From positions 1-64,000 of the forward strand of contig JBGSMV010000080.1 in the NCBI GenBank assembly GCA_041739995.1: a DNA stretch of 64,000 nucleotides, in the 5' to 3' direction. The notes under the pieces were generated by a model that was not told where the DNA came from, made no database searches, and worked only from the letters and a program-made list of their open reading frames with translations. The translations under genes and the position numbers were made by a program. Shown one piece after another: positions 9,887 through 19,605 of the stretch (position 1 is its first letter; every line of letters starts with the position of its first letter). This stretch comes from Bdellovibrionota bacterium. GTDB taxonomy: Bacteria; Bdellovibrionota_C; UBA2361; JBGSMV01.

Positions 9887-10585
9887 CTACAGATTGTCGA
9901 TACCGAAGCTGAACTCCACCAGCCGCCCGCGACGAAAGTGATATCGACCATAATACGAGAGTGCGTCGAAATATTTGAGGAAAGTAGAACTTAAATTACT
10001 TTCAATCGAGTAAGTTAGTATCGTCAGCTCACCTTGAGTGCTGACTCGAAAACGCTCGCCAAAGTTTGAAGTCAGCTTGCTTAAGGACATCCCTAAGTAC
10101 ACTCCTCTGACACTTTCAAAGCGCTCCACATCCAAAATGCACTTACTACTCTGCGCGTCTTCAGTCTGCGGTGCGGTCGCTTGTGCTTCAGCCTCGCTCC
10201 CATCACTTGCACTCTCTACCGCAACCTGTGGAGCAACCTCTCCGTCACTCTGACTTAAAGGGCGGACCTGGAACTCCTGGAATGTGTGCGGGGCGCGCCC
10301 CTCATGATGCAATAGCGTCAGTTGTTCGGTGCCTACCTTATTCTGACACACGACTTCTAAAATTCTCGAATCCCGTTCGCGGAGTTTGAACTGACCGCCC
10401 AGCACTTCCTCCGCATTTTGTCGAAAATTCAGAGTGATACCCGCTACACCAATATCAACATCTCGCGGGTAGGTTACTGGAGGGGATTGTGCTTCAAGAT
10501 TGAGTGCTACTACGAGTCCACTGATGAGCGAACCACAAAGACACTTCATCAATCTACTTTTCAAAACATTACTCGCTACTCTCAT
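9887..10585 (-). CDS. hypothetical exported protein
   Basis: Long ORF with N-terminal hydrophobic segment, downstream of and co-oriented with the HD gene. Confidence 0.55.
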   Translation of the reverse strand: MRVASNVLKSRLMKCLCGSLISGLVVALNLEAQSPPVTYPRDVDIGVAGITLNFRQNAEEVLGGQFKLRERDSRILEVVCQNKVGTEQLTLLHHEGRAPHTFQEFQVRPLSQSDGEVAPQVAVESASDGSEAEAQATAPQTEDAQSSKCILDVERFESVRGVYLGMSLSKLTSNFGERFRVSTQGELTILTYSIESNLSSTFLKYFDALSYYGRYHFRRGRLVEFSFGIDNL

Positions 10586-10654
10586 GAAAAACCTTCTCTT
10601 CATCCAACGGCGCAATTCTGCACGGTTGCTTCAAGTGTACCCGGAGTGACGATC

Positions 10655-11281
10655 TTATGCATTCACTAATTCATGCAGGGACTGAAGATTACTCTTAGTT
10701 CGTTCGCCCCACATGCTACTGGCGGTATGAGTCAACCAACGGTGGCCTTCAAAGAGGGAGATTGTCCTACGTGCCAGCACCTTAGGTTCAACATCAAGCT
10801 CTCGTACAAGCAACTCAAACTGTGCCCAGAACGAAGCTCTCCCTAAGTTCGCCACATCGGCGTCAAGAAGGTAGGGACTAAGAAGATGTCGCGCGATATG
10901 AACAATTCCCGCTGATGATTGCTCAATCGTGGTGTCAAGAATCATTCGCTCGACTGCGCAGATATCAGCAGTTGAGTATCTTGCTTCTTCCATCGCGGTA
11001 CGTGCTCGCCGTGCCCCGAAGGGCTCGTTCTGCTCCGACTGATCGAGGAATCCAGCATCGTGGTATGCCGCAGCAATCGCCACCAAAGTCTGCTCCGAAC
11101 GACTGCAGCCTTCGGCCTGAGCGAGCATCAGCGCATCAGAGAGAACGGTGTCTGTATGTTCAGCCGAGTGGTAGGTAAGATGAGGATCGAGTTCGCGTTG
11201 AAGTTGCAGTAGAATCGCGGCGATGATTGGGATCTGCCTGGCGTCCTCGTTAGACAGTTTTTCCTCTACAGATTCGCTCAC
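10655..11281 (-). CDS. HD-domain metal-dependent phosphohydrolase
   Basis: LTYHSAEHT...AAAYHDAGF...LLDAD motifs. Confidence 0.85.
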   Translation of the reverse strand: MSESVEEKLSNEDARQIPIIAAILLQLQRELDPHLTYHSAEHTDTVLSDALMLAQAEGCSRSEQTLVAIAAAYHDAGFLDQSEQNEPFGARRARTAMEEARYSTADICAVERMILDTTIEQSSAGIVHIARHLLSPYLLDADVANLGRASFWAQFELLVRELDVEPKVLARRTISLFEGHRWLTHTASSMWGERTKSNLQSLHELVNA

Positions 11282-11325
11282 AAATACACTCCAAGCCTTC
11301 GCTCACTCGTCCCAAAAAAGAGGCT

Positions 11326-13473
11326 TCATTTCTCGGTAAGATTCCACTGCGGACTCCACTGGGAACGCCACTCCGAACTTGCCGGGTCCCCACCTTTGGT
11401 CTGTTCGAGTTCAATACGGGCACAATACTTTCGTGCCACTGGATCTTCGCTGAGCTTCCCAAAAAGGACTCTCGCCTGTTCCAGCTCGCCACGCGCAAAT
11501 AAATCTAAGGCCGCACTATAAGTAGCCAACATTGACGGATCGCGCATCGGGTGGGCACTACTGAGAGGTTCGAACACTTCCACCCCTTCGGTTTTCCCCA
11601 CTACTTTCAACTCTCCGATTTTGCGGCAGGCCGTCTGCGGCCCTAACAGACTTCTGGTCCTATCAGCGATCATCATCAGCGTCCCAAAGGCCTTGTTTGC
11701 CCCCTCCAGTCGAGAGGCCAAGTTCGCCGCATCTCCAATTACGGTATAATTGAAGCGCGCCGCAGAACCAAAGTTCCCGACACTGACCGCTCCTGAGTTT
11801 AGCCCTATTCGGGTCTTCACCACGACTCCATATTCTTTCTCGAACTTTGGCTGCAAACGTAACAACGCCTCTTGAATCTCAAGCGCCGCATCAACTCCGC
11901 GCTGCGCGTGATCAGGAACTGAAAGTGGCGCGTTCCAAAAGGCGACCACCGCATCTCCCACATACTTATCGACAGTACCGCCGTAGCTAAGAATGATATC
12001 GGTGACGGCCGTCAGATACTCATTGAGTAGAGCAACTAAGCGCTTGGCATCCAAGGACTCTGAAATGGTGGTAAATCCGGCAATATCGCTGAAGAAAATT
12101 GTAAGTTCTCGCTTTTCCCCGCCGAGCTGTAGTTGCCCAGGGTCTTCCACAATTCTATCGATGATCGCAGGACTCACATAGTGCCGGAAGGCATCCCGAA
12201 TAAAGCGGTGCTGCTGGCCTTCAATCAAATACTGCATCGCGAGAGATGCCATTAGGCTCATCGCCATTCCAAGCAGAGGAACAGCCATCGGTACCCATAT
12301 GCCCGCGTCAGCAGCAAGAAACGCTGCTCCAATGTAGCCGCCTACCAGCAACACAATGGCACCACTCTGCCACTTCCCCGACAAGAAGAGCGAAGCACAC
12401 GCGATCATGGCAACAATAAGCAGCGCGATAATGCTATCCCACGGACCTTCGACTCTCCTTATGAAGATGCCATCCAGCACATTTTGCAGAACTGTGGCAT
12501 TTAGCTCCACTCCGGGAAAACTAGGCGATAACGGAGTGGGACGCAGATCAAGTAGCGCCGGCGCATCGGTACCAATGAAGACAATTGAATCTTTATACTT
12601 CTCTAGAGGGATGAGAGGGGAAAGTCCCGCTTCAATGTTCTGCCAGCTAATAAATATATTGGCGAGAGATTCGGTAGGGATCGTGCCCTTTGGGCCATAG
12701 AAGCGCACCGGTAATTTACCGGAGGAATCAACATAGGGAGTAAAGTCGATGGTGGCGGCCGGTCGCGCAAGAGCGAGCAATGCAAGCGGAAGCTTCAGCG
12801 TTTGAATCTCTCCTCCGACTAAGTTCTTGCCGGCAATTTTAAACCTTCGATAGATGCCGTCGCTGTCTGGCGCACCTTCAACGTCACCAAATGCATGCGA
12901 CTTTTCGAGCAGAGGGGCAACGGGAAGGCTCAACCCTTTGAAAAACTCTACCGCGGATGATGGGATCTGATATTTCTTTAAGAGCGGGGCATTTTGTCTC
13001 TGTCGCTTCACAAACGCTGCCACATCGTCAGCGCTCTCGGCGGTTTCATCGCGCCGAAGCACTACTGCCGTCACCACCGGAAGCTCCGGGGTAATGGTGT
13101 CCGCCAACGACCTATCGTCGTCTACCCCATAGGAAGACGGCTCAAGAAATACCATATCGAAACCCACGGCCGTAGCACCCGCCGCTTTCAGATAGTTCAA
13201 TATGGGAATGTAGATTCCGCGCGGCCACGGGTAGACCAGGGATTCATTGGTCGCAAGATAATCAATTGATGCCTGATCGATGTTCAAAATTCGAAGAGGG
13301 GTATCAACCGGCGGAGTCGCAATCGCGCGCAACCGCCAGTCCCAGGTACGATACTCAAACTCTTCGGTAATGGAGGGGCGCCCCATCACTAGCGCCACAC
13401 AAAAGGAACCGACAAAAATTAGAATTCCGGCAAGTGCCTTCCATCGGAAAACATGCGCCTCGGCTGACGCCAC
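11326..13473 (-). CDS. CHASE2-domain class III adenylate cyclase
   Basis: CHASE2 (WPR, GFD..F.EPS, D.DG..RR, PGVE.NA) plus 3 TM; cyclase motifs FSDIAGFT, DKYVGD, YTVIGDAANLASRLEG (Lys/Thr specificity residues suggest ATP). Confidence 0.93.
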   Translation of the reverse strand: MASAEAHVFRWKALAGILIFVGSFCVALVMGRPSITEEFEYRTWDWRLRAIATPPVDTPLRILNIDQASIDYLATNESLVYPWPRGIYIPILNYLKAAGATAVGFDMVFLEPSSYGVDDDRSLADTITPELPVVTAVVLRRDETAESADDVAAFVKRQRQNAPLLKKYQIPSSAVEFFKGLSLPVAPLLEKSHAFGDVEGAPDSDGIYRRFKIAGKNLVGGEIQTLKLPLALLALARPAATIDFTPYVDSSGKLPVRFYGPKGTIPTESLANIFISWQNIEAGLSPLIPLEKYKDSIVFIGTDAPALLDLRPTPLSPSFPGVELNATVLQNVLDGIFIRRVEGPWDSIIALLIVAMIACASLFLSGKWQSGAIVLLVGGYIGAAFLAADAGIWVPMAVPLLGMAMSLMASLAMQYLIEGQQHRFIRDAFRHYVSPAIIDRIVEDPGQLQLGGEKRELTIFFSDIAGFTTISESLDAKRLVALLNEYLTAVTDIILSYGGTVDKYVGDAVVAFWNAPLSVPDHAQRGVDAALEIQEALLRLQPKFEKEYGVVVKTRIGLNSGAVSVGNFGSAARFNYTVIGDAANLASRLEGANKAFGTLMMIADRTRSLLGPQTACRKIGELKVVGKTEGVEVFEPLSSAHPMRDPSMLATYSAALDLFARGELEQARVLFGKLSEDPVARKYCARIELEQTKGGDPASSEWRSQWSPQWNLTEK

Positions 13474-13476
13474 CTG

Positions 13477-14430
13477 CTAATGAACTCCTCGAATTGCACC
13501 ATTGAATCGCGCAGTCCGCACGGACAATCCCTTCGATACGGAGGCCTGTGTTTGAGCATCTTCAAGCTCATCTATGCGATCATCGGGGTCTGGGTGGGTC
13601 TCGAACCATCCCCCGCTTTGAGATGAGGAAGCCCTGAGTTGTTCCAACTTCTCAAGCACTCGCCGTAGCGCCTTACGATCATAGCCCGCCCGCCCTAAGA
13701 GCTCGACGGCGTACTCATCCGCTGAATACTCCTGGGAGCGTGAATATCCGCTAGTCATCAATGTCTCTGTCACTTGTGACACGCTCTCACTGAAGAGATC
13801 CGTTACTTCATTCAACGCGCCGCCAGGGTATTCATTCGCAGCTTCAGCTCCCACAATGCTGACCGCTTTGGTGAGCTTACTTTGAGAAACAGCATTCACC
13901 CCATGGTTGTACACCACATGCGCCACCTCGTGGGCGAGCACAGCGGCAAGTTCGTCTTCGCTGTTTAGCTGCTTGAGCAAGCCACGTGAAACAAAAATGA
14001 AACCAGAAGGCGCCGCCATCGCATTGAGCTCAACGGAATCGAGTACGAGAAAGTGATATCCCCGAAAGGTATCTGGACGGTCCGAAACCCCCGCCATGAC
14101 ATTCCCCACCAAATTTACATATCTTTGCAGAGCTGCGTTTCTGTAAGGGCGATAGCGCTCTAGGATCGTGGCCGATACACCGCGTCCCAGAAAGTACTCC
14201 TGCTCGTCGTTCAGCGGTGTAGCCGCACTAATCACATGTTCGCCAGCCTGGAAGAATGCATCAGCTTGAGAGGATGACACTAAACCAGTACTCCCCAAGA
14301 CTTCCGATGCAACTGAGCGAAAACTTTGGCCCGCGCAACCACACAAAGTGCTGGATGAAACTCCAGCGAAGAGGGCAATTTGAATAAGACGGAAAGCGAT
14401 CCCGGTAGAACTCATGCCTGTAGAACTCAT
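13477..14430 (-). CDS. M48-family zinc metalloprotease, probable lipoprotein
   Basis: ELAAVLAHEVAH, NAMAAP.G, YSRSQEY.AD, THP motifs; LCGC lipobox. Confidence 0.9.
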   Translation of the reverse strand: MSSTGMSSTGIAFRLIQIALFAGVSSSTLCGCAGQSFRSVASEVLGSTGLVSSSQADAFFQAGEHVISAATPLNDEQEYFLGRGVSATILERYRPYRNAALQRYVNLVGNVMAGVSDRPDTFRGYHFLVLDSVELNAMAAPSGFIFVSRGLLKQLNSEDELAAVLAHEVAHVVYNHGVNAVSQSKLTKAVSIVGAEAANEYPGGALNEVTDLFSESVSQVTETLMTSGYSRSQEYSADEYAVELLGRAGYDRKALRRVLEKLEQLRASSSQSGGWFETHPDPDDRIDELEDAQTQASVSKGLSVRTARFNGAIRGVH

Positions 14431-14936
14431 GGTCGCCCACCTCCAAGCTTTCCAGAGGAAACGAAGCCTCGTATTTCTTGATCGCTCACCTGAACACGCA
14501 TCATTTCATTGACCGCCGCAAAATTGGCGCCACCATCTCGCGCTGCATAGGTACTTTCAACCTTTGAGTTAAAACCTTTACCGGCGAGCACCACATCTTC
14601 AGAATTCGTCTCTTGTACCGAGCCTCCGCGCTTGCCCTCAATCACTACCTGGCGATTGGAAACGGCGGAACGATGGATAAAGCCCTCTCGCGCTCCAGAC
14701 TTAACCTTGAGCCACCCGGGAGCGCCCTCTTTGTTCTCTGGGACCGAAGAGAGAAGCGCGAGCTTATCGCCATAACGCAAAGAGGCGACCGTGCTGGCCC
14801 AATGCTGCGGAGCACTTCTCACCGCAGCGGTTGCAATCTGCACAAAAATCTCCTCAGCATTCGCCAAGCGTCCTGAAATAGGACTCCCTGGAATGAGCTG
14901 AGCAAGCAATCCCAGCACCAGAAGCGTTCTAAGCAT
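14427..14936 (-). CDS. secreted SH3b-domain protein
   Basis: Signal peptide; VRSAP...VASLRYGD..GWLKV...EGFIH; C-terminal LAGKGFN..VE. Confidence 0.75.
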   Translation of the reverse strand: MLRTLLVLGLLAQLIPGSPISGRLANAEEIFVQIATAAVRSAPQHWASTVASLRYGDKLALLSSVPENKEGAPGWLKVKSGAREGFIHRSAVSNRQVVIEGKRGGSVQETNSEDVVLAGKGFNSKVESTYAARDGGANFAAVNEMMRVQVSDQEIRGFVSSGKLGGGRP

Positions 14937-15423
14937 AGGCAGTTCCTTACGACCAAGAGCCAACGACCAAGAGCGATCGAACAGCTACCATTAAATAGGT
15001 GCCAAAGCGTTCTTTCTATTAGCACGAGTTCGCAAAATCTTGGTACTAGTGTTCCGCTTCATAAATAGCCGTACAATCGCAAGCGTGGTGCATCGGAACA
15101 CTAGCCGATATTGATGGTCAGTGTGCAGGCCATGGAGGGCCAGCACTGACGAGCTCCAAGCTCAGCGTGGGGCCCTGCAAGCCCTCGCTTCGCGTCGCTC
15201 CAGCCCGCTGCGCTGGCTGCCCGGCCATCCTTGGCCGGCTAGTGTGGTGCGCTTTACTTTTGCAAGAATTCATTGACTCACCACACGAGCTTCCAACACA
15301 AATGTGAAGCACCACCGCTGCTCTCCTCGACCATCAAGGGTGCCCAGAGGGTAATATCAACCCTAGCGGCGCATCGATCCGTCCCCTTTTACCGTTGCCA
15401 CTGTTCACGATAGAACTGAGCCC

Positions 15424-17250
15424 ATGAGCAGTCCTTCTGAGCCTCCGTCGTCCACTTTAAGGCATCCCCCGAAGGCCGCTTCCGCTTCGCTGTTACAGTC
15501 TCTTCGCCTGATGTGGTCGCTGCTTAGCCCTCATTTTACAAAATTCTGTTTTGCTCTGTTCGCCCTCCTGGTGGGAAGCGGTATCAACTTACTCTTCCCG
15601 CAACTGGCTCGAGTCGCAGTCAACGACAAGATGCTGCACTCGATCGTCGCCAACCCGTTGCCCGTGTTGTTGATAGTCGGCTCACTCTTTGCAGTTCAAG
15701 GGCTTGCATTTTACGTCAGGGCGCTCTGGTTCGGAACAATTGGACATGACGTGGTATTTGCTTTGAGAAGTCGTCTGTTCGCCTCGCTGCTGTCCATGCC
15801 GATCGAGTTCTTCGACCAGCAGAAGAGTTCAGACCTAGTGTCGCGCCTCACGGTCGACTGCGCTCAGATTCAAGATGCAGTCAGCATTAAGCTTTCAGTA
15901 CTGGTGCGCTACACTCTCCAGGTTCTGGTAGGCGTACTACTGATGGCATTACTCACACCGACGCTAACAGTCCTTCTGGTGGTCGGCCTGCCAGTTCTAA
16001 TTGGACTCACCGCTGTACTCAGTAGAGTACTTAAAAAAGTGTCTCGCCAGTTACAGACAGAACTCGGTGCAACCTCGGCAATTGCGGACGAAGTTTTCTC
16101 TGGACAGAGAGTAATAAGAGCTTTTGGAGCCGAGCGCAGAGAATCTAACCGATTTGGATCGGCAAATGCGCGAGTACGGGACCTTGGCGTTCGTCGTTCC
16201 AGAATCTCTGCATTCTTCTCCTCCTTCGTTAATTTTCTAATGAACGGTTTTTTGATTTTTGTCGTGCTGTATGGGATCATATTGGTGGATGGTGGCACAC
16301 TACTACCAGGAGATCTCACCGCATTCCTACTATACGCCGCCATTGTAGGAGTCTCTTTTGCCTTCCTAGTAGGCTCGTATGCTGAGTTCATTCAATCGAT
16401 GGGTGGTGCAGAACGCGTCTTTGAGCTTCTTCGAGGCAGTACTGATTCCAAACTACCCGAGCTACAAACCGTTAAGCGAGAACCGGCTGCCGTCGAGTTC
16501 CGTGACGTGCAGTTCGCTTACCCCTCCAGACCGTCGGTCGAAGTGTTGCGTGGAATAAGCTTCTCGGTTCTGCCGGGCTCTACCGTTGCCATCGTAGGGG
16601 CATCTGGAGCAGGAAAGAGTTCGGTAGTTGCGTTGCTCCTCGGCCTATACACGCCTAGCGCGGGATCTATCATCGTCGACAACCAGTCGCTTACGCCTGA
16701 GAATGCCACCGAACTCCGCTCACATTTCTCCTACGTGCCGCAAGATCCGGTACTCTTTGGCGTTTCCTTGCGTGAGAATCTTCTCATGGGGGACCCCACT
16801 GCCTCGGAAGCTGAGATGACCAAGCTCTTTGACGAGCTTGGTTTAGGCTCGTTCCTTCGCTCACTCCCCGAAGGCCTAGATACCCTTGTGGGAGATCGTG
16901 GAATTCAATTAAGTGGTGGGCAACGCCAAAGAGTGGCGCTTGCCAGGGCCTTGTTACGGGGCGCTGGAATTTTGATCCTGGACGAAGCTACTTCTGGCGT
17001 TGATAGCGAAACGGAAGATTCGATTCGCCTAGCCCTAAAGGCGCGCCATCGACATAAGACCATTATCGTAATTGCTCACCGTCTTGCGACCGTGAGGGAC
17101 GCCGATGAAATTCTTGTACTCAATCAAGGATTGATTGCGGAGCGAGGGCGCCACGAAGCGCTCTTGGAGGCGGGAGCGCTCTATAGTTCATTAGTGGAAC
17201 GTCAGGATTTACGAGTGGCTTCGCAGAGCTCCCCTGCGAGGAACGCATAG
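15424..17250 (+). CDS. ABC exporter, fused permease/ATPase (MsbA/ABCB-like)
   Basis: Multi-TM domain; Walker A GASGAGKS, LSGGQRQR, ILILDEAT, IAHRL. Confidence 0.93.
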   Translation: MSSPSEPPSSTLRHPPKAASASLLQSLRLMWSLLSPHFTKFCFALFALLVGSGINLLFPQLARVAVNDKMLHSIVANPLPVLLIVGSLFAVQGLAFYVRALWFGTIGHDVVFALRSRLFASLLSMPIEFFDQQKSSDLVSRLTVDCAQIQDAVSIKLSVLVRYTLQVLVGVLLMALLTPTLTVLLVVGLPVLIGLTAVLSRVLKKVSRQLQTELGATSAIADEVFSGQRVIRAFGAERRESNRFGSANARVRDLGVRRSRISAFFSSFVNFLMNGFLIFVVLYGIILVDGGTLLPGDLTAFLLYAAIVGVSFAFLVGSYAEFIQSMGGAERVFELLRGSTDSKLPELQTVKREPAAVEFRDVQFAYPSRPSVEVLRGISFSVLPGSTVAIVGASGAGKSSVVALLLGLYTPSAGSIIVDNQSLTPENATELRSHFSYVPQDPVLFGVSLRENLLMGDPTASEAEMTKLFDELGLGSFLRSLPEGLDTLVGDRGIQLSGGQRQRVALARALLRGAGILILDEATSGVDSETEDSIRLALKARHRHKTIIVIAHRLATVRDADEILVLNQGLIAERGRHEALLEAGALYSSLVERQDLRVASQSSPARNA

Positions 17251-17289
17251 CCCGTGGATCCAAGTCGCAAGTAGGAGTAAGCTTATCTT

Positions 17290-17991
17290 ATGGCTCAGCA
17301 AGTCTTAATTATAGATGACGACTTTTCTTTCAAACGAGTACTCGAAATTCGCCTCAAGAGCTTCATGCCCGATGCTTTGATAACGCACTTTGGAACGCTG
17401 AACGAAGCGCGAACGAATCTTCAGGCTAACAAGGACAGGGGCTCCCCTGCAGCTGATTTTGACTTGGTAATAATAGATCAGCACCTACCCGACGGGCACG
17501 GGAGCGATTTCGTCGGTGAAGGCTGGTTTCAAGACAGGGCGGTTCTTTCTGTAAGCTCCGACGATGCTCCCGAAATTCCCGGTGCTTCTGTGCAAGCCGG
17601 AGCTACGTTTTTTCTTAATAAGCGTAATGTTTCAGAGCCGCTTTTTCGTCCGCTCGTACTTGGCATAATAGATCGCAATCGCATGGTGCGAGCTCTCGAA
17701 GAGTCGAGACTGAGCGCTGCAATAGTTGAGAGTGTCAGGACGCTCGTCAGCACCTTGCGTCATGAGATAAACAACCCTCTCGGTGCAGTGCTTGGAGCAG
17801 CGTATCTCTTGCGCACTGCCCCGAATGCAACTTCTGAGCAAAAGGAAGCGGCCGACCTGGTTGAGTCGAGTGGCCAGCGCATCAAGCACGTACTTGAGCA
17901 GCTTTGTAAGGCGGTTGAACTAGCCCCAGTCGATAAGGCGAATCAGCGCGTATTCCACATTCCGGGCGACAAGCCCTGGGGGCAAAAATAG
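17290..17991 (+). CDS. receiver domain plus HisKA dimerisation/phosphoacceptor domain, no HATPase domain
   Basis: IIDDD, IIDQHLPDG and FFLNK receiver motifs; H-box LRHEINNPL; protein ends about 75 aa after the His. Confidence 0.85.
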   Translation: MAQQVLIIDDDFSFKRVLEIRLKSFMPDALITHFGTLNEARTNLQANKDRGSPAADFDLVIIDQHLPDGHGSDFVGEGWFQDRAVLSVSSDDAPEIPGASVQAGATFFLNKRNVSEPLFRPLVLGIIDRNRMVRALEESRLSAAIVESVRTLVSTLRHEINNPLGAVLGAAYLLRTAPNATSEQKEAADLVESSGQRIKHVLEQLCKAVELAPVDKANQRVFHIPGDKPWGQK

Positions 17992-18097
17992 ACGCCTCCC
18001 CCAGCGGTATTTTCCTGAGATCTTCGGGCTGGGGATCCAAAAGATGAATTAGCGCTCTTAAGTTTTGCGCAGAGATATATACGCGCACTGCTCCATT

Positions 18098-18131
18098 GTC
18101 TGTGCAATCACATGGTCTGTGCAATCACATG
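18098..18131. repeat. perfect 17-bp tandem duplication GTCTGTGCAATCACATG x2
   Basis: Read directly; lies between convergent genes. Confidence 0.9.
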
Positions 18132-18215
18132 CGGGCAGCAGGAGACTCTGCGCGACTGAACACGCACCACATCAAGATTTGAAGAGTAGAATTCTAAGAG
18201 TGGCTCTTTAAAGGC

Positions 18216-18761
18216 TTATGACTTCACGCTCGTGAATGGCATAAGTCCCAGGGTCTGGGCACGCTTAATTGCCTTGCTGACCTTGCGTTGATTGTAAGCG
18301 CTAAGACCAGTCAAGCGACGCGAGAGCATCTTGCCACGCTCGCTGAGGAAACGGACGAGAATTGCAACGTCTTTGTAATCAACGCTCTTGGTCGGATCTT
18401 CCATGAAAGGATCGATCTTCTTACGACGCTTGAAGAGCTGCATACGCTGGATCGGAGGAAGGTACTCACGTTGACGAGGACCTTCACCATCATCCGAGCC
18501 GCCAGATCCCCCGCCCTTACCGCGATCTTCGACAACCTTCATAGGTCGGCCGTTGAGCGCACGATTATTCAGTGTTTCGATAGCTTTTTGAGCATCCTCT
18601 TCGCGCTCCATTTCCACGAAAGCGAAACCTTTAGAGCGCTTGGTCTCACGGTCCGTGGCGATGACCGCACTAATGACACCGCCGAGCTCAGCAAAAAGAT
18701 CGCGGAGGGCACCTTGGTCGACTTCAAAATCGAGGTTACTTACAAAAAGCTTCTTCGGCAT
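18216..18761 (-). CDS. rpsR: RRM RNA-binding domain fused to 30S ribosomal protein bS18 (zinc-free type)
   Basis: RNP2 KLFVSNL and RNP1 SKGFAFVEM; Gly/Ser linker; bS18 motifs VDYKDV..L.RFLSERGK.L.RR.TG...QR....IKRA..LGLMPF. Confidence 0.93.
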   Translation of the reverse strand: MPKKLFVSNLDFEVDQGALRDLFAELGGVISAVIATDRETKRSKGFAFVEMEREEDAQKAIETLNNRALNGRPMKVVEDRGKGGGSGGSDDGEGPRQREYLPPIQRMQLFKRRKKIDPFMEDPTKSVDYKDVAILVRFLSERGKMLSRRLTGLSAYNQRKVSKAIKRAQTLGLMPFTSVKS

Positions 18762-19068
18762 ACACACTCAAAATTCAAGAGAGACTCACTCGAGCAGCCC
18801 GGCATTGTCTGCGAACGTTAGCCCTAACGGACTGCGCTCGAAGCATGGGCCCAAAGAGGTAAACTCCGCTGGAGCTCAACCACCCAAGGTCTTCATCGGT
18901 TACAAATTATCCCAACTAGGAAAATTCCCTTTGGGAGCCGCGAAGTTATGGGGTTTTCGAAATGAAGTCAAACCTCGAGCGTGGCATCAAAGTCAGCGAA
19001 TGATCACAAATTCAGAGTTCAAAACGCTGTTTCGACTTTCCTACAAAAAGATCAGTAAAAAAAACTAG

Positions 19069-19097
19069 TTGACCATTCTACTTTAAGTCGCTAAAAC
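19069..19097 (+). promoter_or_regulatory. candidate sigma70 promoter TTGACC-17-TAAAAC with upstream A-tract
   Basis: Near-consensus boxes, 17-bp spacer, A8 run immediately upstream. Confidence 0.4.
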
Positions 19098-19605
19098 CTA
19101 TCGAATTGCTTTCCTGTAGAGAATTTTCACTAGTTCTTTCAGAGTCATAAGCGTTGCTTCGCTCACCGATCTTTGTCGAATATTTGCCGAAAACGTCTCT
19201 ATTGAGTCTCACCAACTGGGTCAAAATAAAGAGGAAATTCAGGTGGATATAGCAGCACGATCGTTCAAGCCTCCCAGTATAGATAGTACAAACAGCTTGC
19301 ACTTCTAGAGAGCAGACTTTTGAAGATTCCAAGTCGAAGTCTCCAAGGCAAAGTTTTCGAAGCGAAGGACGACGCGAACGGAAGACTTGCGGGTAGACAG
19401 ATGTTTCTCTCGACCACTGATTTTCAGCCAAGACGTAGCGTATTCCAATCGCATGTCTCACCTTTGTCGAAGGCCTTGTCGAAGCCCTTTTCGGTCTCCT
19501 TCCTCTCTAAAAATTGTCGGGCTCCTAGTGCCCCGAGCGATCACCTAAGAACAAAAATTTTGTGCCCGTTTATTTTTGAATTACCTCTTCAGGAGCAACG
19601 TTAAC

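Noticed and set aside
11326..13473. Cyclase plus HD as a Pycsar/CBASS-type defence system
   Set aside because: Membrane CHASE2 architecture with ATP-specifying residues is a signalling cyclase; no effector recognised
18101..18129. CRP sites within the 17-bp duplication
   Set aside because: TGTG-N4-CACA spacing does not fit TGTGA-N6-TCACA, and the site is between convergent genes
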